Below are positions 1-18,000 of a stretch of DNA of 64,000 nucleotides, in pieces. Source of the DNA: Eledone cirrhosa (lineage: Eukaryota); NCBI GenBank assembly GCA_964016885.1, contig OZ024740.1, positions 142,476,001 through 142,540,000 on the forward strand. Direction: 5' to 3'. Made by a program: the position numbers and the translations under genes. Each line of letters starts with the position of its first letter. Position 1 is the first letter of the stretch. Below the pieces are notes generated by a model. It worked only from the letters and a program-made list of their open reading frames with translations. It was not told where the DNA came from and searched no databases.

Positions 1-3000
1 CAACAACATCACCATCAACAACAGCACCATCAACAACATCACCATCAACAACATCACCATCAACAACACAACCATCAACAACATCACCATCAACATCTTC
101 ACCATCAACAACACCACCATCAACAACATCACCATCAACAACACCACCATCAACAACATCACCATCAACAACACCACCATCAACAACACCACCATCAACA
201 ACATCATCATCAACAACATCAACAACATCATCATCAACAACACCACCATCAACACTGCCATCAACAACAACATCACCATTAACAACAACATCAACAACAT
301 CACCATCAACAACACCACCATCAACAACATCACCATCAACAACACCACCATCAACAACACCATCAACAACATCACCATCAACAACATCACCATCAACAAC
401 ACCACCATCAACATCACCATCAACAACACAACCATCAACAACATCACCATCAACAACTTCACCATCAACAACACCAACATTAACAACATCAACATCAACA
501 ACACCACCATCAACAACATCACCATCAACAACACAACCATCAACAACATCACCATCAACAACTTCACCATCAACAACACCACCATCAACAACATCACCAT
601 CAACAACACCACCATCAACATCACCATCAACAACACCACCATCAACAACACCACCATCAACAACACCACCATCAACAACATCACCATCAACAACATCACC
701 ATCAACAACACCACCATCAACAACATCACCATCAACAACACCACCATCAACAACATCACCATCAACAACACCACCATCAACAACATCACCATCAACAATA
801 TCACCATCATCAACACCACCATCAACAACACCACCATCAACAACACCACCATCATCAACACCACCATCAACAACACCACCATCAACAACACCACCATCAA
901 AAACATCACCATCAACAACACCACCATCAACAACATCACCATCAACAGCACCACCATCAACAACATCACCATCAACAACATCACCATCAATAACATCACC
1001 ATCAACAGAACCAACATCAACAACATCACCATCAACAACATCACCATCATCAACACCACCATCAACAACACCACCATCAACAACATCACCATCATCAACA
1101 CCACCATCAACAACACCACCATCAACAACACCACCATCAACAACATCACCATCAACAACACCACCTTCAACACCACCAACATCAACAACATCACCATTAA
1201 CAACAACATCAACAACATCACCATCAACAACACCACCATCAACAACATCACCATCAACAACACCACCATCAACAACACCACCATCAACAACATCACCATC
1301 ATCAACACCACCATCAACAACACCACCATCAACAACACCACCATCATCAACACCACCATCAACAACACCACCATCAACAACACCACCATCAACAACATCA
1401 CCATCATCAACACCACCATCAACAACACCACCATCAACAACACCACCATCAAAAACATCACCATCAACAACACCACCATCAACAACATCACCATCAACAG
1501 CACCACCATCAACAACATCACCATCAATAAAATCACCATCAATAACATCACCATCAACAGAACCAACATCAACAACATCACCATCATCAACACCAACATC
1601 AACAACATCACCATCAACAACATCACCATCAACAACATCACCATCAACAACATCACCATCAACAACATCACCATCAACAACACAACCATCAACACCACCA
1701 CCATCAACAACACCACCATCAACAACACCACCATCAACAACATCACCATCAACAACACCACCATCAACACCACCAACATCAACAACATCACCATCAACAA
1801 CACCACCATCAACAACATCACCATCAACAACACCACCATCAACAACACCACCATCAACAACACCACCATCAACAACATCACCATCAACAACACCACCATC
1901 AACAACACCACCATCAACAACATCACCATCAACAACATCACCATCAACACCACCAACATCAACAACATCACCATCAACTATATGAACATCAACAACATCA
2001 CCATCAACAACATCACAATCAACAACACCACCATCAACAACGTCACCATCAACAACACCACCATCAACAACACCACCATCAACAACATCACCATCAACAA
2101 CATCACCATCAACACCACCAACATCAACAACATCACCATCAACTATATGAACATCAACAACATCACCATCAACAACACCACCATCAACAACACCACCATC
2201 AACAACATCACCATCAACAACACCACCATCAACAACATCACCATCAACAACATCACCATCAACAACATCACCATCAACAACATCACCATCAACAACACCA
2301 CCATCAACACCACCAACATCAACAACACCACCATCAACAACACCACTATCAACAACACCACCATCAACAACACCACCATCAACAACACCACCATCAACAA
2401 CACCACCATCAACAACATCACCATCAACAACACCACCATCAACACCACCAACATCAACAACATCACCATCAACAACTTCACCATCAACAACACCACCATC
2501 AACAACATCACCATCAACAACACCACCATCAACAACATCACCATCAACAACACCACCATCAACAACACCACCATCAACAACACCACCATCAACAACATCA
2601 CCATCAACAACATCACCATCAACAACACCACCATCAACAACACCACCATCAACAACACCACCATCAACAACACCACCATCAACAACACCACCATCAACAA
2701 CACCACCATCAACACCACCACCATCAACAACATCACCATCAACAACACCACCATCAACAACACCACCATCAACAACATCACCATCAACAACATCACCATC
2801 ATCAACACCACCATCAACAACATCACCATCAACAACACCACCATCAACAACACCACCATCAACAACATCACCATCAACAACATCACCATCATCAACACCA
2901 CCACCAACAACATCACCATCAACAACATCACCATCATCAACACCACCATCAACAACACCACCATCAACAACACCACCATCAAAAACATCACCATCAACAA

Positions 3001-6000
3001 CTTCACCATCAACAACATCACCATCAACAGAACCACCATCAACAACATCACCATCAACAACATCACCATCAACAACATCACCATCAACAACACCACCATC
3101 AACACCACCAACATCAACAACACCACCATCAACAACACCACTATCAACAACACCACCATCAACAACACCACCATCAACAACACCACCATCAACAACATCA
3201 CCATCAACAACACCACCATCAACACCACCAACATCAACAACATCACCATTAACAACAACATCAACAACATCACCATCAACAACACCACCATCAACAACAT
3301 CACCATCAACAACACCACCATCAACAACACCACCATCAACAACACCACCATCAACAACATCACCATCAACAACATCACCATCAACAACACCACCATCAAC
3401 AACATCACCATCAACAACATCACCATCAACACCACCAACATCAAAAACATCACCATCAACAACACCACCATCAACAACATCACCATCAACAACACCACCA
3501 TCAACAACATCACCATCAACAACACCACCATCAAAACATCACCATCAACTATATGAACATCAACAACACCACCATCAACAAAATCACCATTAACAACATC
3601 ACCATCAACAACACCACCATCAACAACATCACCATCAACTATATGAACATCAACAACACCACTATCAACATCATCACCATTAACAACATCACCATCAACA
3701 ACACCACCATCAACAACATCACCATCAACAACATCACCATCAACAACAGCACCATCAACAACATCACCATCAACAACACCACCATCAACAACATCACCAT
3801 CAACTATATGAACATCAACAACACCACCATCAACAAAATCACCATTAACAACATCACCATCAACAACATCACCATCAACAACAGCACCATCAACAACATC
3901 ACCATCAACAACACCACCATCAACAACATCACCATCAACTATATGAACATCAACAACACCACCATCAACAACATCACCATCAACAACATCACCATCAACA
4001 ACAGCACCATCAACAACATCACCATCAACAACACCACCATCAACAACATCACCATCAACTATATGAACATCAACAACACCACCATCAACAACATCACCAT
4101 CAACAACATCACCATCAACAACAGCACCATCAACAACATCACCATCAACAACACCACCATCAACAACATCACCATCAACTATATGAACATCAACAACACC
4201 ACCATCAACAAAATCACCATTAACAACATCACCATCAACAACATCACCATCAACTATATGAACATCAACAACACCACTATCAACATCATCACCATTAACA
4301 ACATCACCATCAACAACACCACCATCAACAACATCACCATCAACAACATCACCACCAACAACATCACCATCAACAACATCACCATCAACAACACCACCAT
4401 CAACAACATCACCATCAACAACACCACCATCAACAACATCACCATTAACAACATCACCATCAACAACACCACCATCAACAACATCACCATCAACAACACC
4501 ACCATCAACAACATCACCACCAACAACATCACCATCAACAACATCACCATCAACAACATCACCATCAACAACATCACCATCAACAACACCACCATCAACA
4601 ACATCACCATCAACAACACCACCATCAACAACACCACCTTCAACAAAATCACCATCAGCAACATCACATTCAACAACACCACCAGCAGCAACATCACCAT
4701 CAACAACACCACCATCAACAACACCACCATCAACAACACCACCATCAACAACATCACCAACAACAACATCACCATCATCAACACCACTATCAACAACATC
4801 ACCACCAACAACATCACCATCAACAACATCACCATCAACAACATCACCATCAACAACATCACCATCAACAACACCACAATCAACAACATCACCATCAACA
4901 ACTCCACCATCAACAACATCACCATCAACAACACCACCATCAACAACATCACCATCAACAAAACCACCATCAACAACACCACCATCAACAACACCACTAT
5001 CAAAAACACCACCATCAACAACACCACCATCATCAACATCAACAACACAACCATCAACAACACCACCATCAACAACACCACCATCAACAACATCACCATC
5101 ACCAACACCACCATCAACACCACCAACATCAACAACACCACCATCAACACCACCAACATCAACAACACCACCATCAACACCACCAACATCAACAACACCA
5201 GCAACAACAACGCCACCATCAACAACACCACCATCAACAACACCACCATCAACAACACCACCATCAACAACACCACCATCAACAACATCACCATCAACAA
5301 CATCACCATCAACAACACCACCATCAACACCACCAACTTCAACAACACCACCATCAACACCACCAACATCAACAACACCACCATCAACAACACCACCATC
5401 AAAAACATCACCATCAACAACACCACCATCAACACCACCAACATCAACAACATCACCATCAACAACACCACCATCAACAACACCACCATCAACAACACCA
5501 CACCATCAACAACATCTCCATCAACAACATCACCATCAACAACACCACCATCAACAACATCACCATCAACAACATCACCATCAACAACATCACCATCAGC
5601 AACACCACCATCAACAACACCACCATCAACAACATCACCATCAACAACATCATCAACAGCATCACCATCAACAACATCACCATCAACAACACCACCATCA
5701 ACAACATCACCATCAACAACATCACCATCAACAACATCACCATCAACAACACCACCATCAACAACATCACCATCAACAACACCACCATCAACAGCACCAA
5801 CATCAACAACATCACCATCAACAACACCACCATCAACAACATCACCATCAACAACATCACCATCAACAACACCACCATCAACAACATCACCATCAACAAC
5901 ATCACCATCAACAACACCACCATCAACAACACCACCATCGACAACACCACCATCAACAACATCACCATCAACAACATCACCATCAACAACACCACCATCA

Positions 6001-9000
6001 ACAACACCACCATCAACAACATCACCATCAACAACACCACCATCAACAACATCACCATCAACAACACCACCATCAACAACACCACCATCAACAACACCAC
6101 CATCAACAACATCACAATCAACAACATCACCATCAACAACATCACCATCATCAACACCACTATCAACAACATCACCATCAACAACATCACCATCAACAAC
6201 ATCATCAACAGCATCACCATCAACAACATCACCATCAACAACATCACCATCAACAACACCACCATCAACAACATCACCATCAACAACATCACCATCAACA
6301 ACATCACCATCAACAACACCACCATCAACAACATCACCATCAACAGCACCAACATCAACAACATCACCATCAACAACACCACCATCAACAACATCACAAT
6401 CAACAACATCACCATCAACAACATCACCATCATCAACACCACTATCAACAACATCACCATCAACAACATCACCATCAACAACATCACCATCAACAACACC
6501 ACCATCAGCAACATCACCATCAACAACACCACCATCAACAACATCACCATCAACAACACCACCATCAACAACACCACCATCAATAACACCACCATCAACA
6601 ACATCACAATCAACAACATCACCATCAACAACATCACCATCATCAACACCACTATCAACAACATCACCATCAACAACATCACCATCAACAACATCACCAT
6701 CAACAACACCACCATCAGCAACATCACCATCAACAACACCACCATCAACAACATCACCATCAACAACTACACCATCAACAACATCACCATCAACAACACT
6801 ACCATCAACAACATCACCATCAACAAAACCACCATCAACAACACCACCATCAACAACACCACCATCAACAACACCACCATCATCAACACCACCATCATCA
6901 ACATCAACAACACCACCATCAACAACACCACCATCAACAACACCACCATCAACAACATCACCATTAACACCACCACCATCAACAACACCACCATCAACAA
7001 CACCACCATCACCAACACCACCATCAACACCACCAACATCAACAACACCACCATCAACACCACCAACATCAACAACACCACCATCAACAACATCACCATC
7101 AACAACACCACCATCAACAACATCACCATCAACTACATCACCATCAACAACACCACCATCAACACCACCAACTTCAACAACACCACCATCAACACCACCA
7201 ACATCAACAACACCACCATCAACAACACCACCATCAAAAACATCACCATCAACAACACCACCATCAACACCACCAACATCAACAACATCACCATCAACAA
7301 CACCACCATCAACAACACAACCATCAACAACAGCACACCATCAACAACATCTCCATCAACAACATCACCATCAACAACACCACCATCAAATACATCACCA
7401 TCAACAACATCACCATCAACAACATCACCATCAACAACACCACCATCAACAACACCACCATCAACAACATCACCATCAACAACATCATCAACAGCTTCAC
7501 CATCAACAACATCACCATCAACAACATCACCATCAACAACACCACCATCAACAACATCACCATCAACAACATCACCATCAACAACATCACCATCAACAAC
7601 ACCACCATCAACAACATCACCATCAACAGCACCAACATCAACAACATCACCATCAACAACACCACCATCAACAACATCACCATCAACAACATCACCATCA
7701 ACAACACCACCATCAACAACACCACCATCAACAACATCACCATCAACAACACCACCATCAACAACATCACCATCAACAACATCACCATCAACAACACCAC
7801 CATCAGCAACACCACTATCAACAACACCACCATCAACAACATCACCATCAACAACACCACTATCAACAACACCACCACCAACAACACCACCATCAACAAC
7901 ATCACCATCAACAACACCACTATCAACAACACCACCACCAACAACACCACCATCACCAACAGTCATCATCAACAACACCACCATCAACAGCCTCACCACC
8001 ATCAACAACATCACCATCAACAACACCACCATCAACAACACCACCATCAACAACACAACCATCAACAACATCACCATCAACAACATCACCATCAACAACA
8101 TCACCATCAACAACACCACCATCAACAGCACCAACATCAACAACATCACCATCAACAACACCACCATTAACAACACCACCATCAACAACATCACCATCAA
8201 CAACATCACCATCAACAACACCACCATCAACAACATCACCATCAACAACATCACCATCAACAACACCACCATCAACAACACCACCATCAACAACACCACC
8301 ATCAACAACATCACCATCAACAACATCACCATCAACAACACCACCATCAACAACACCACCATCAACAACATCACCATCAACAACACCACCATCAACAACA
8401 TCACCATCAACAACACCACCATCAACAACACCACCATCAACAATATCACCATCAACAACATCACCATCAACAACACCCCCATCAACAACACCACCATCAA
8501 CAACACCACCATCAACAACATCACAATCAACAACATCACCATCAACAACACCACCATCAACAACACCACCATCAACAACATCACCATCAACAACACCACC
8601 ATCAACAACATCACCATCAACAACACCACCATCAACAACACCACCATCAACAACATCACCATCAACAACACCACCATCAACAACATCACCATCAACAACA
8701 CCACCATCAACAACATCACCATCAACAACACCACCATCACACCACCAACATCAACAACACCACCATCAACAACACCAGCATCAACAACATCACCATCAAC
8801 AACATCACCATCAACAGTATCACCACCATCAACAACATCACCATCAACAACATCACCATCAACAACATCACCATCAACAACATCACCATCAACACCACCA
8901 ACATCAACAACATCACCATCAACACCACCAACATCAACAACAACACATCAACAACATCACCATCAGCAACACCACCATCAACAACACCACCATCAACAAC

Positions 9001-12000
9001 ACCACCATCAACAACACCACCATCAACAACATCACCATCAACAACACCACCATCAACACCACCAACATTAACAACATCACCATCAACAACGCCACCATCA
9101 ACAATACCACCATCAACAACACCACCATCAACTACATCACCATCAACAACATCACCATCAACAACACCACCATCAACAACATCACCATCAACAACATCAC
9201 CATCAACAACACCACCATCAACAACACCACCATCAACAACACCACCATCAACAACATCACCATCAACAACATCACCATCAACATCACCATCAACAACATC
9301 ACCATCAACAACACCACCATCAACAACACCACCATCAACAACATCACCATCAACAACACCACCATCAACAACATCACCATCAACAACACCACCATCAACA
9401 ACACCACCATCAACAACATCACCATCAACAACACCACCATCAACAACATCACCATCAACAACACCACCATCAACAACATCACCATCAACAACACCACCAT
9501 CACACCACCAACATCAACAACACCACCATCAACAACACCAGCATCAACAACATCACCATCAACAACATCACCATCAACAGTATCACCACCATCAACAACA
9601 TCACCATCAACAACATCACCATCAACAACATCACCATCAACAACATCACCATCAACACCACCAACATCAACAACATCACCATCAACACCACCAACATCAA
9701 CAACAACACATCAACAACATCACCATCAGCAACACCACCATCAACAACACCACCCTCAACAACACCACCATCAACAACACCACCATCAACAACATCACCA
9801 TCAACAACACCACCATCAACACCACCAACATTAACAACATCACCATCAACAACGCCACCATCAACAATACCACCATCAACAACACCACCATCAACTACAT
9901 CACCATCAACAACATCACCATCAACAACACCACCATCAACAACATCACCATCAACAACATCACCATCAACAACACCACCATCAACAACACCACCATCAAC
10001 AACACCACCATCAACAACATCACCATCAACAACATCACCATCAACAACATCACCATCAACATCACCATCAACAACATCACCATCAACAACACCACCATCA
10101 ACAACATCACCATCAACAACACCACCATCAACAACACCACCATCAACAACATCACCATCAACAACATCACCATCAACAACATCACCATCAACATCACCAT
10201 CAACAACACCATCATCAACAACATCACCATCAACAACACCACCATCAACAACATCACCATCAACAACATCACCATCAACAACACCACCATCAACAACATC
10301 ACCATCAACAACATCACCATCAACAACACCACCATCAACAACATCACCATCAACAACACCACCATCAGCAACACCACCATCAACAACATCACCATCAACA
10401 ACATCACCATCAACAACATCACCATCAACATCACCATCAACAACACCATCATCAACAACATCACCATCAACAACACCACCATCAACAACATCACCATCAA
10501 CAACATCACCATCAACAACACCACCATCAACAACATCACCATCAACAACATCACCATCAACAACACCACCATCAACAACATCACCATCAACAACACCACA
10601 ATCAACAACACCAACATCAACAACATCACCATCAACAACACCACCATCAACAACATCACCATCAACAACACCACCATCAACAACATCACCATTAACAACA
10701 CCACCATCAACAACATCACCATCAACAACATCACCATCATCAACACCCCCATCAACAACACCACCATCAACAACTACACCATCAACAACACCACCATCAA
10801 CAACATCACCATCAACCACACCACCATCAACAACACCACCATCAACAACACCACCATCAAAAACATCACCATCAACAACACAACCATCAACAACATCACC
10901 ATCAACAACATCACCATCAACAACACCACCATCAACAACATCACCATTAACAACACCACCATCAACAACATCACCATCAACAACATCACCATCATCAACA
11001 CCCCCATCAACAACACCACCATCAACAACTACACCATCAACAACACCACCATCAACAACATCACCATCAACCACACCACCATCAACAACACCACCATCAA
11101 CAACACCACCATCAACAACACCACCATCAACAACATCACCATCAACAACATCACCATCAACAACACCACCATCAAAAACATCACCATCAACAACACCACC
11201 ATTAACAACACCACCATCAAAAACGTCACCATCAACAACACCACCATTAACAACACCACCATCAACAACATCACCATCAACAACACCACCATCAACAACA
11301 CCACCATCAACAACATCACCATCAACAACATCACCATCATCAACACCCCCATCACCAACACCACCATCAACAACTACACCATCAACAACACCACCATCAA
11401 CAACATCACCATCAACCACACCACTATCAACAACACCACCATCAACAACACCACCATCAACAACATCACCATCAACAACACCACCATCAACAACACCACC
11501 ATCAACAACACCACCATCAACAACATCAACATCAACAACATAACCATCAACAACACCACCATCAACAACATCACCATCAACAACATCACCATCAACAACA
11601 CCACCATCAACAACACCACCATCAACAACACCACCATCAACAACACCACCATCAACAAAATCACCATCAACAACACCACCATCAACAACACCACCATCAA
11701 CAACATCACCATCAACACCACCAACATCAACAACATCACTATCAACAACAACACCATCAACAACACCACCATCAACAACATCAGCATCAACAACACCACC
11801 ATCAACAACACCACCATCAACAACATCGCCATCAACAACATCAACATCAACAACATCACCATCAACAACATCACCATCATCAACACCACCATCAACAACA
11901 TCACCATCAACAACATCACCATCAACACCACCAACATCAACAACACCACCATCAACAACACCACCATCAACAACACCACCATCACCAGCACCACCATCAA

Positions 12001-15000
12001 CAACACCACCATCAACAACATCATCATCAACAACACCACCATCAACACCGCCATCAACAACATCACCATTAACAACAACATCAACAACATCACCATCAAC
12101 AACACCACCATCAACAACATCACCATCAACAACGCCACCATCAACAACACCACCATCAACAACATCACCATCAACAACACCACCATCAACAACATCACCA
12201 TCAACAACACCACCATCAACAACATCACCATCAACATCATCACCATCATCAACACCACCATCAACAACACCATCATCAACAACACCACCATCAACACCAC
12301 CAACATCAACAACACCACCATTAACAACAACATCAACAACACCAGCATTAACAACACCACCATGAACAACATCACCATCAACACCACCAACATCAACAAC
12401 ACCACCATCAACAACATCACCATCAACAACACCACCATCAACAACATCACCATCAACAACATCACCATCAACAACACAACCATCAACAACATCACCATCA
12501 ACAACTTCACCATCAACAACACCACCATCAACAACATCACCATCAACAACACCACCATCAACAACATCACCATCAACAACACCACCATCAACAACACCAC
12601 CATCAACAACATCATCATCAACAACACCACCATCAACACCGCCATCAACAACAACATCACCATTAACAACACATCAACAACATCACCATCAACAACGCCA
12701 CCATCAACAACATCACCATCAACAACACCACCATCAACAACACCACCATCAACAACATCACCATCAACAACACCACCATCAACAACATCACCATCAACAA
12801 CACCACTATCAACAACATCACCATCAACAACATCACCATCATCAACACCACCATCAACAACACCATCATCAACAACACCACCATCAACACCACCAATATC
12901 AACAACATCACCATTAACAACAACATCAACAACACCACCATTAACAACACCACCATCAACAACATCACCATCAACACCACCAACATCAACAACATCACCA
13001 TTAACAACAACATCAACAACACCACCATTAACAACACCACCATCAACAACAACACCATCAACAACACCACCATCAACAACATCACCATCAACAACATCAC
13101 AATCAACAACACCACCATCAACAACATCACCATCAACAACACCACCATCAACAACATCACCATCAACAACATCACCATCAACAACACAACCATCAACAAC
13201 ACAACCATCAACAACATCACCATCAACAACTTCACCATCAACAACACCACCATCAACAACATCACCATCAACAACACCACCATCAACAACATCACCATCA
13301 ACAACACCACCATCAACAACACCACCATCAACAACATCATCATCAACAACATCAACAACATCAACAACATCATCATCAACAACATCAACAACATCAACAA
13401 CATCATCATCAACACTGCCATCAACAACAACATCACCATTAACACCACCATCAACAACATCACCATCAACAACACCACCATCAACAACACCACCATCAGC
13501 AACACCACCATCAACAACATCACCATCAACAACATCACCATCAACAACACCACCATCAACAACATCACCATCAACAACACCACCATCAACAACACCACCA
13601 TCAACAACATCACCATCAACAACATCACCATCATCAACACCACCATCAACAACATCACCATCAACAACACCACCATCAACAACACCACCATCAACAACAT
13701 CACCATCAACAACATCACCATCATCAACACCACCACCAACAACATCACCATCAACAACACCACCATCAACAACATCACAATCAACAACACCACCATCAAC
13801 AACACCACCATCAACAACACCACCATCAACAACACCACCATCAACAACACCACCATCAACAACACCACCATCAAAAACATCACCATCAACAACACCACCA
13901 TCAACAACATCACCATCAACAGCACCACCATCAACAACATCACCATCAACAACATCACCATCAATAACATCACCATCAACAGAACCAACATCAACAACAT
14001 CACCATCAACAACACCACCATCAACAACATCACCATCAACAACACCACCATCAACAACATCACCATCAACAACACCACCATCAACAACACCACCATCAAC
14101 AACACCACCATCAACAACATCACCATCAACAACATCACCATCAACAACAACACCATCAACAACATCACCATCAACAACACCACCATCAACAACACCACCA
14201 TCAACAACACCACCATCAACAACACCACCATCAACAACACCACCATCAAAAACATCACCATCAACAACACCACCATCAACAACATCACCATCAACAGCAC
14301 CACCATCAACAACACCACCATCAACAACATCACCATCAACAATATCACCATCAACAACATCACCATCAACAACACCACCATCAACAACACCACCATCAAA
14401 AACATCACCATCAACAACACCACCATCAACAACACCACCATCAACACCACCAACATCAACAACACCACCATCAACAACACCACCATCAACAACATCACCA
14501 TCAACAACACCACCATCAACACCACCAACATCAACAACATCACCATTAACAACAACATCAACAACATCACCATCAACAACACCACCATCAACAACACCAC
14601 CATCAACAACACCACCATCAACAACATCACCATCAACAACATCACCATCAACAACATCACCATCAACAACATCACCATCAACAACACCACCATCAACAAC
14701 ACCACCATCAACAACATCACCATCAACAACACCACCATCAACAACACCACCATCAACAACATCACCATCAACAACACCACCATCAACAACATCACCATCA
14801 ACAACACCACCATCAACAACACCACCATCAACAACACCACCATCAACAACATCACCATCAACAACACCACCATCAACAACACCACCATCAACAACATCAC
14901 CATCAACAACACCACCATCAACAACATCACCATCAACAACACCACCATCAACAACACCACCATCAACAACACCACCATCAACAACATCACCATCAACAAC

Positions 15001-18000
15001 ATCACCATCAACAACATCACCATCAACAACATCACCATCAACAACACCACCATCAACAACACCACCATCAACAACATCACCATCAACAACACCACCATCA
15101 ACAACATCGCCATCAACAACATCACCATCAACAACACCACCATCAACAACATCTCCATCAACAACACCACCATCAACAACACCACCATCAACAACATCAC
15201 CATCAACAACACCACCATCAACAACACCACCATCAACAACACCACCATCAACAACATCACCATCAACAACACCACCATCAACAACACCACCATCAACAAC
15301 ATCACCATCAAGAACATCACCATCAACACCACCAACATCAACAACATCACCATCAACAACATCACAATCAACAACACCACCATCAACAACATCACCATCA
15401 ACAACACCACCATCAACAACATCACCATCAACAACATCACCATCAACAACACAACCATCAACAACATCACCATCAACAACTTCACCATCAACAACACTAC
15501 CATCAACAACATCACCATCAACAACACCACCATCAACAACATCACCATCAACAACACCACCATCAACAACACCACCATCAACAACACCACCATCAACAAC
15601 ATCACCATCAACAACATCACCATCAACAACACCACCATCAAAAACACCACCATCAACAACACCACCATCAACAACACCACCATCAACAACACCACCATCA
15701 ACAACACCACCATCAACACCACCACCATCAACAACATCACCATCAACAACACCACCTTCAACAACACCACCATCAACAACATCACCATCAACAACATCAC
15801 CATCATCAACACCACCATCAACAACACCACCATCAACAACACCACCATCAACAACACCACCAACAACAACACCACCATCAACAACACCACCAACAACAAC
15901 ACCACCATCAACAACACCACCATCAACAACACCACCAACAACAACATCACCATAAACAACATCACCATCAACAACACCACCATCAACAACATCACCATCA
16001 ACAACATCACCATCAACAGCACCACCATCAACAACATCACCATCAACAACTTCACCATCAACAACATCACCATCAACAGAACCAACATCAACAACATCAC
16101 CATCATCAACACCAACATCAACAACATCACCATCAACAACATCACCATCATCAACACCACCATCAACAACACCACCATCAACAACACCACCATCAAAAAC
16201 ATCACCATCAACAACACCACCATCAACAACACCACCATCAACAACACCACCATCAACAACACCACCAACAACAACACCACCATCAACAACACCACCATCA
16301 ACAACACCACCAACAACAACATCACCATAAACAACATCACCATCAACAACACCACCATCAACAACATCACCATCAACAACATCACCATCAACAGCACCAC
16401 CATCAACAACATCACCATCAACAACTTCACCATCAACAACATCACCATCAACAGAACCAACATCAACAACATCACCATCATCAACACCAACATCAACAAC
16501 ATCACCATCAACAACATCACCATCAACAACATCACCATCAACAACATCACCATCAACAACACCACCATCAACACCACCAACATCAACAACGCCACCATCA
16601 ACAACACCACTATCAACAACACCACCATCAACAACACCACCATCAACAACACCACCATCAACAACACCACCATCAACAACATCACCATCAACAACACCAC
16701 CATCAACACCACCAACATCAACAACATCACCATTAACAACAACATCAACAACATCACCATCAACAACACCACCATCAACAACATCACCATCAACAACACC
16801 ACCATCAACAACACCACCATCAACAACACCACCATCAACAACATCACCATCAACAACATCACCAGCAACAACTCCACCATCAACAACATCACCATCAACA
16901 ACATCACCATCAACACCACCAACATCAACAACATCACCATCAACAACACCACCATCAACAACATCACCATCAACAACATCACCATCAACAACACCACCAT
17001 CAACAACATCACCATCAACAACACCACCATCAACAACATCACCATCAACTATATGAACATCAACAACACCACCATCAACAAAATCACCATTAACAACATC
17101 ACCATCAACAACACCACCATCAACAACACCACCATCAACAACACCACCATCAACAACATCACCATCAACAACACCACCACCAACAACATCACCATCAACT
17201 ATATGAACATCAACAACACCACCATCAACAAAATCACCATTAACAACATCACCATCAACAACACCACCATCAACAACATCACCATCAACAAAATCACCAT
17301 TAACAACATCACCATCAACAACACCACCATCAACAACATCACCATCAACAACATCAACATCAACAACAGCACCATCAACAACATCACCATCAACAACACC
17401 ACCACCAACAACATCACCATCAACTATATGAACATCAACAACACCACCATCAACAAAATCACCATTAACAACATCACCATCAACAACACCACCATCAACA
17501 ACATCACCATCAACTATATGAACATCAACAACACCACTATCAACATCATCACCATTAACAACATCACCATCAACAACACCACCATCAACAACACCACCAT
17601 CAACAAAATCACCATTAACAACATCACCATCAACATCACCATCAACAACACCACCATCAACAACATCACCACCAACAACATCACCATCAACAACATCACC
17701 ATCAACAACACCACCATCAACAACATCACCATCAACAACACCACCATCAACAACATCACCATTAACAACATCACCATCAACAACACCACCATCAACAACA
17801 TCACCATCAACAACATCACCATCAACAACATCACCATCAACAACATCACCATCATCAACACCACCATCAACAACATCACCATCAACAACACCACCATCAA
17901 CAACATCACCATCAACAACATCACCATCATCAACACCACTATCAACAACATCACCATCAACAACATCACCATCAACAACATCACCATCAACAACACCACC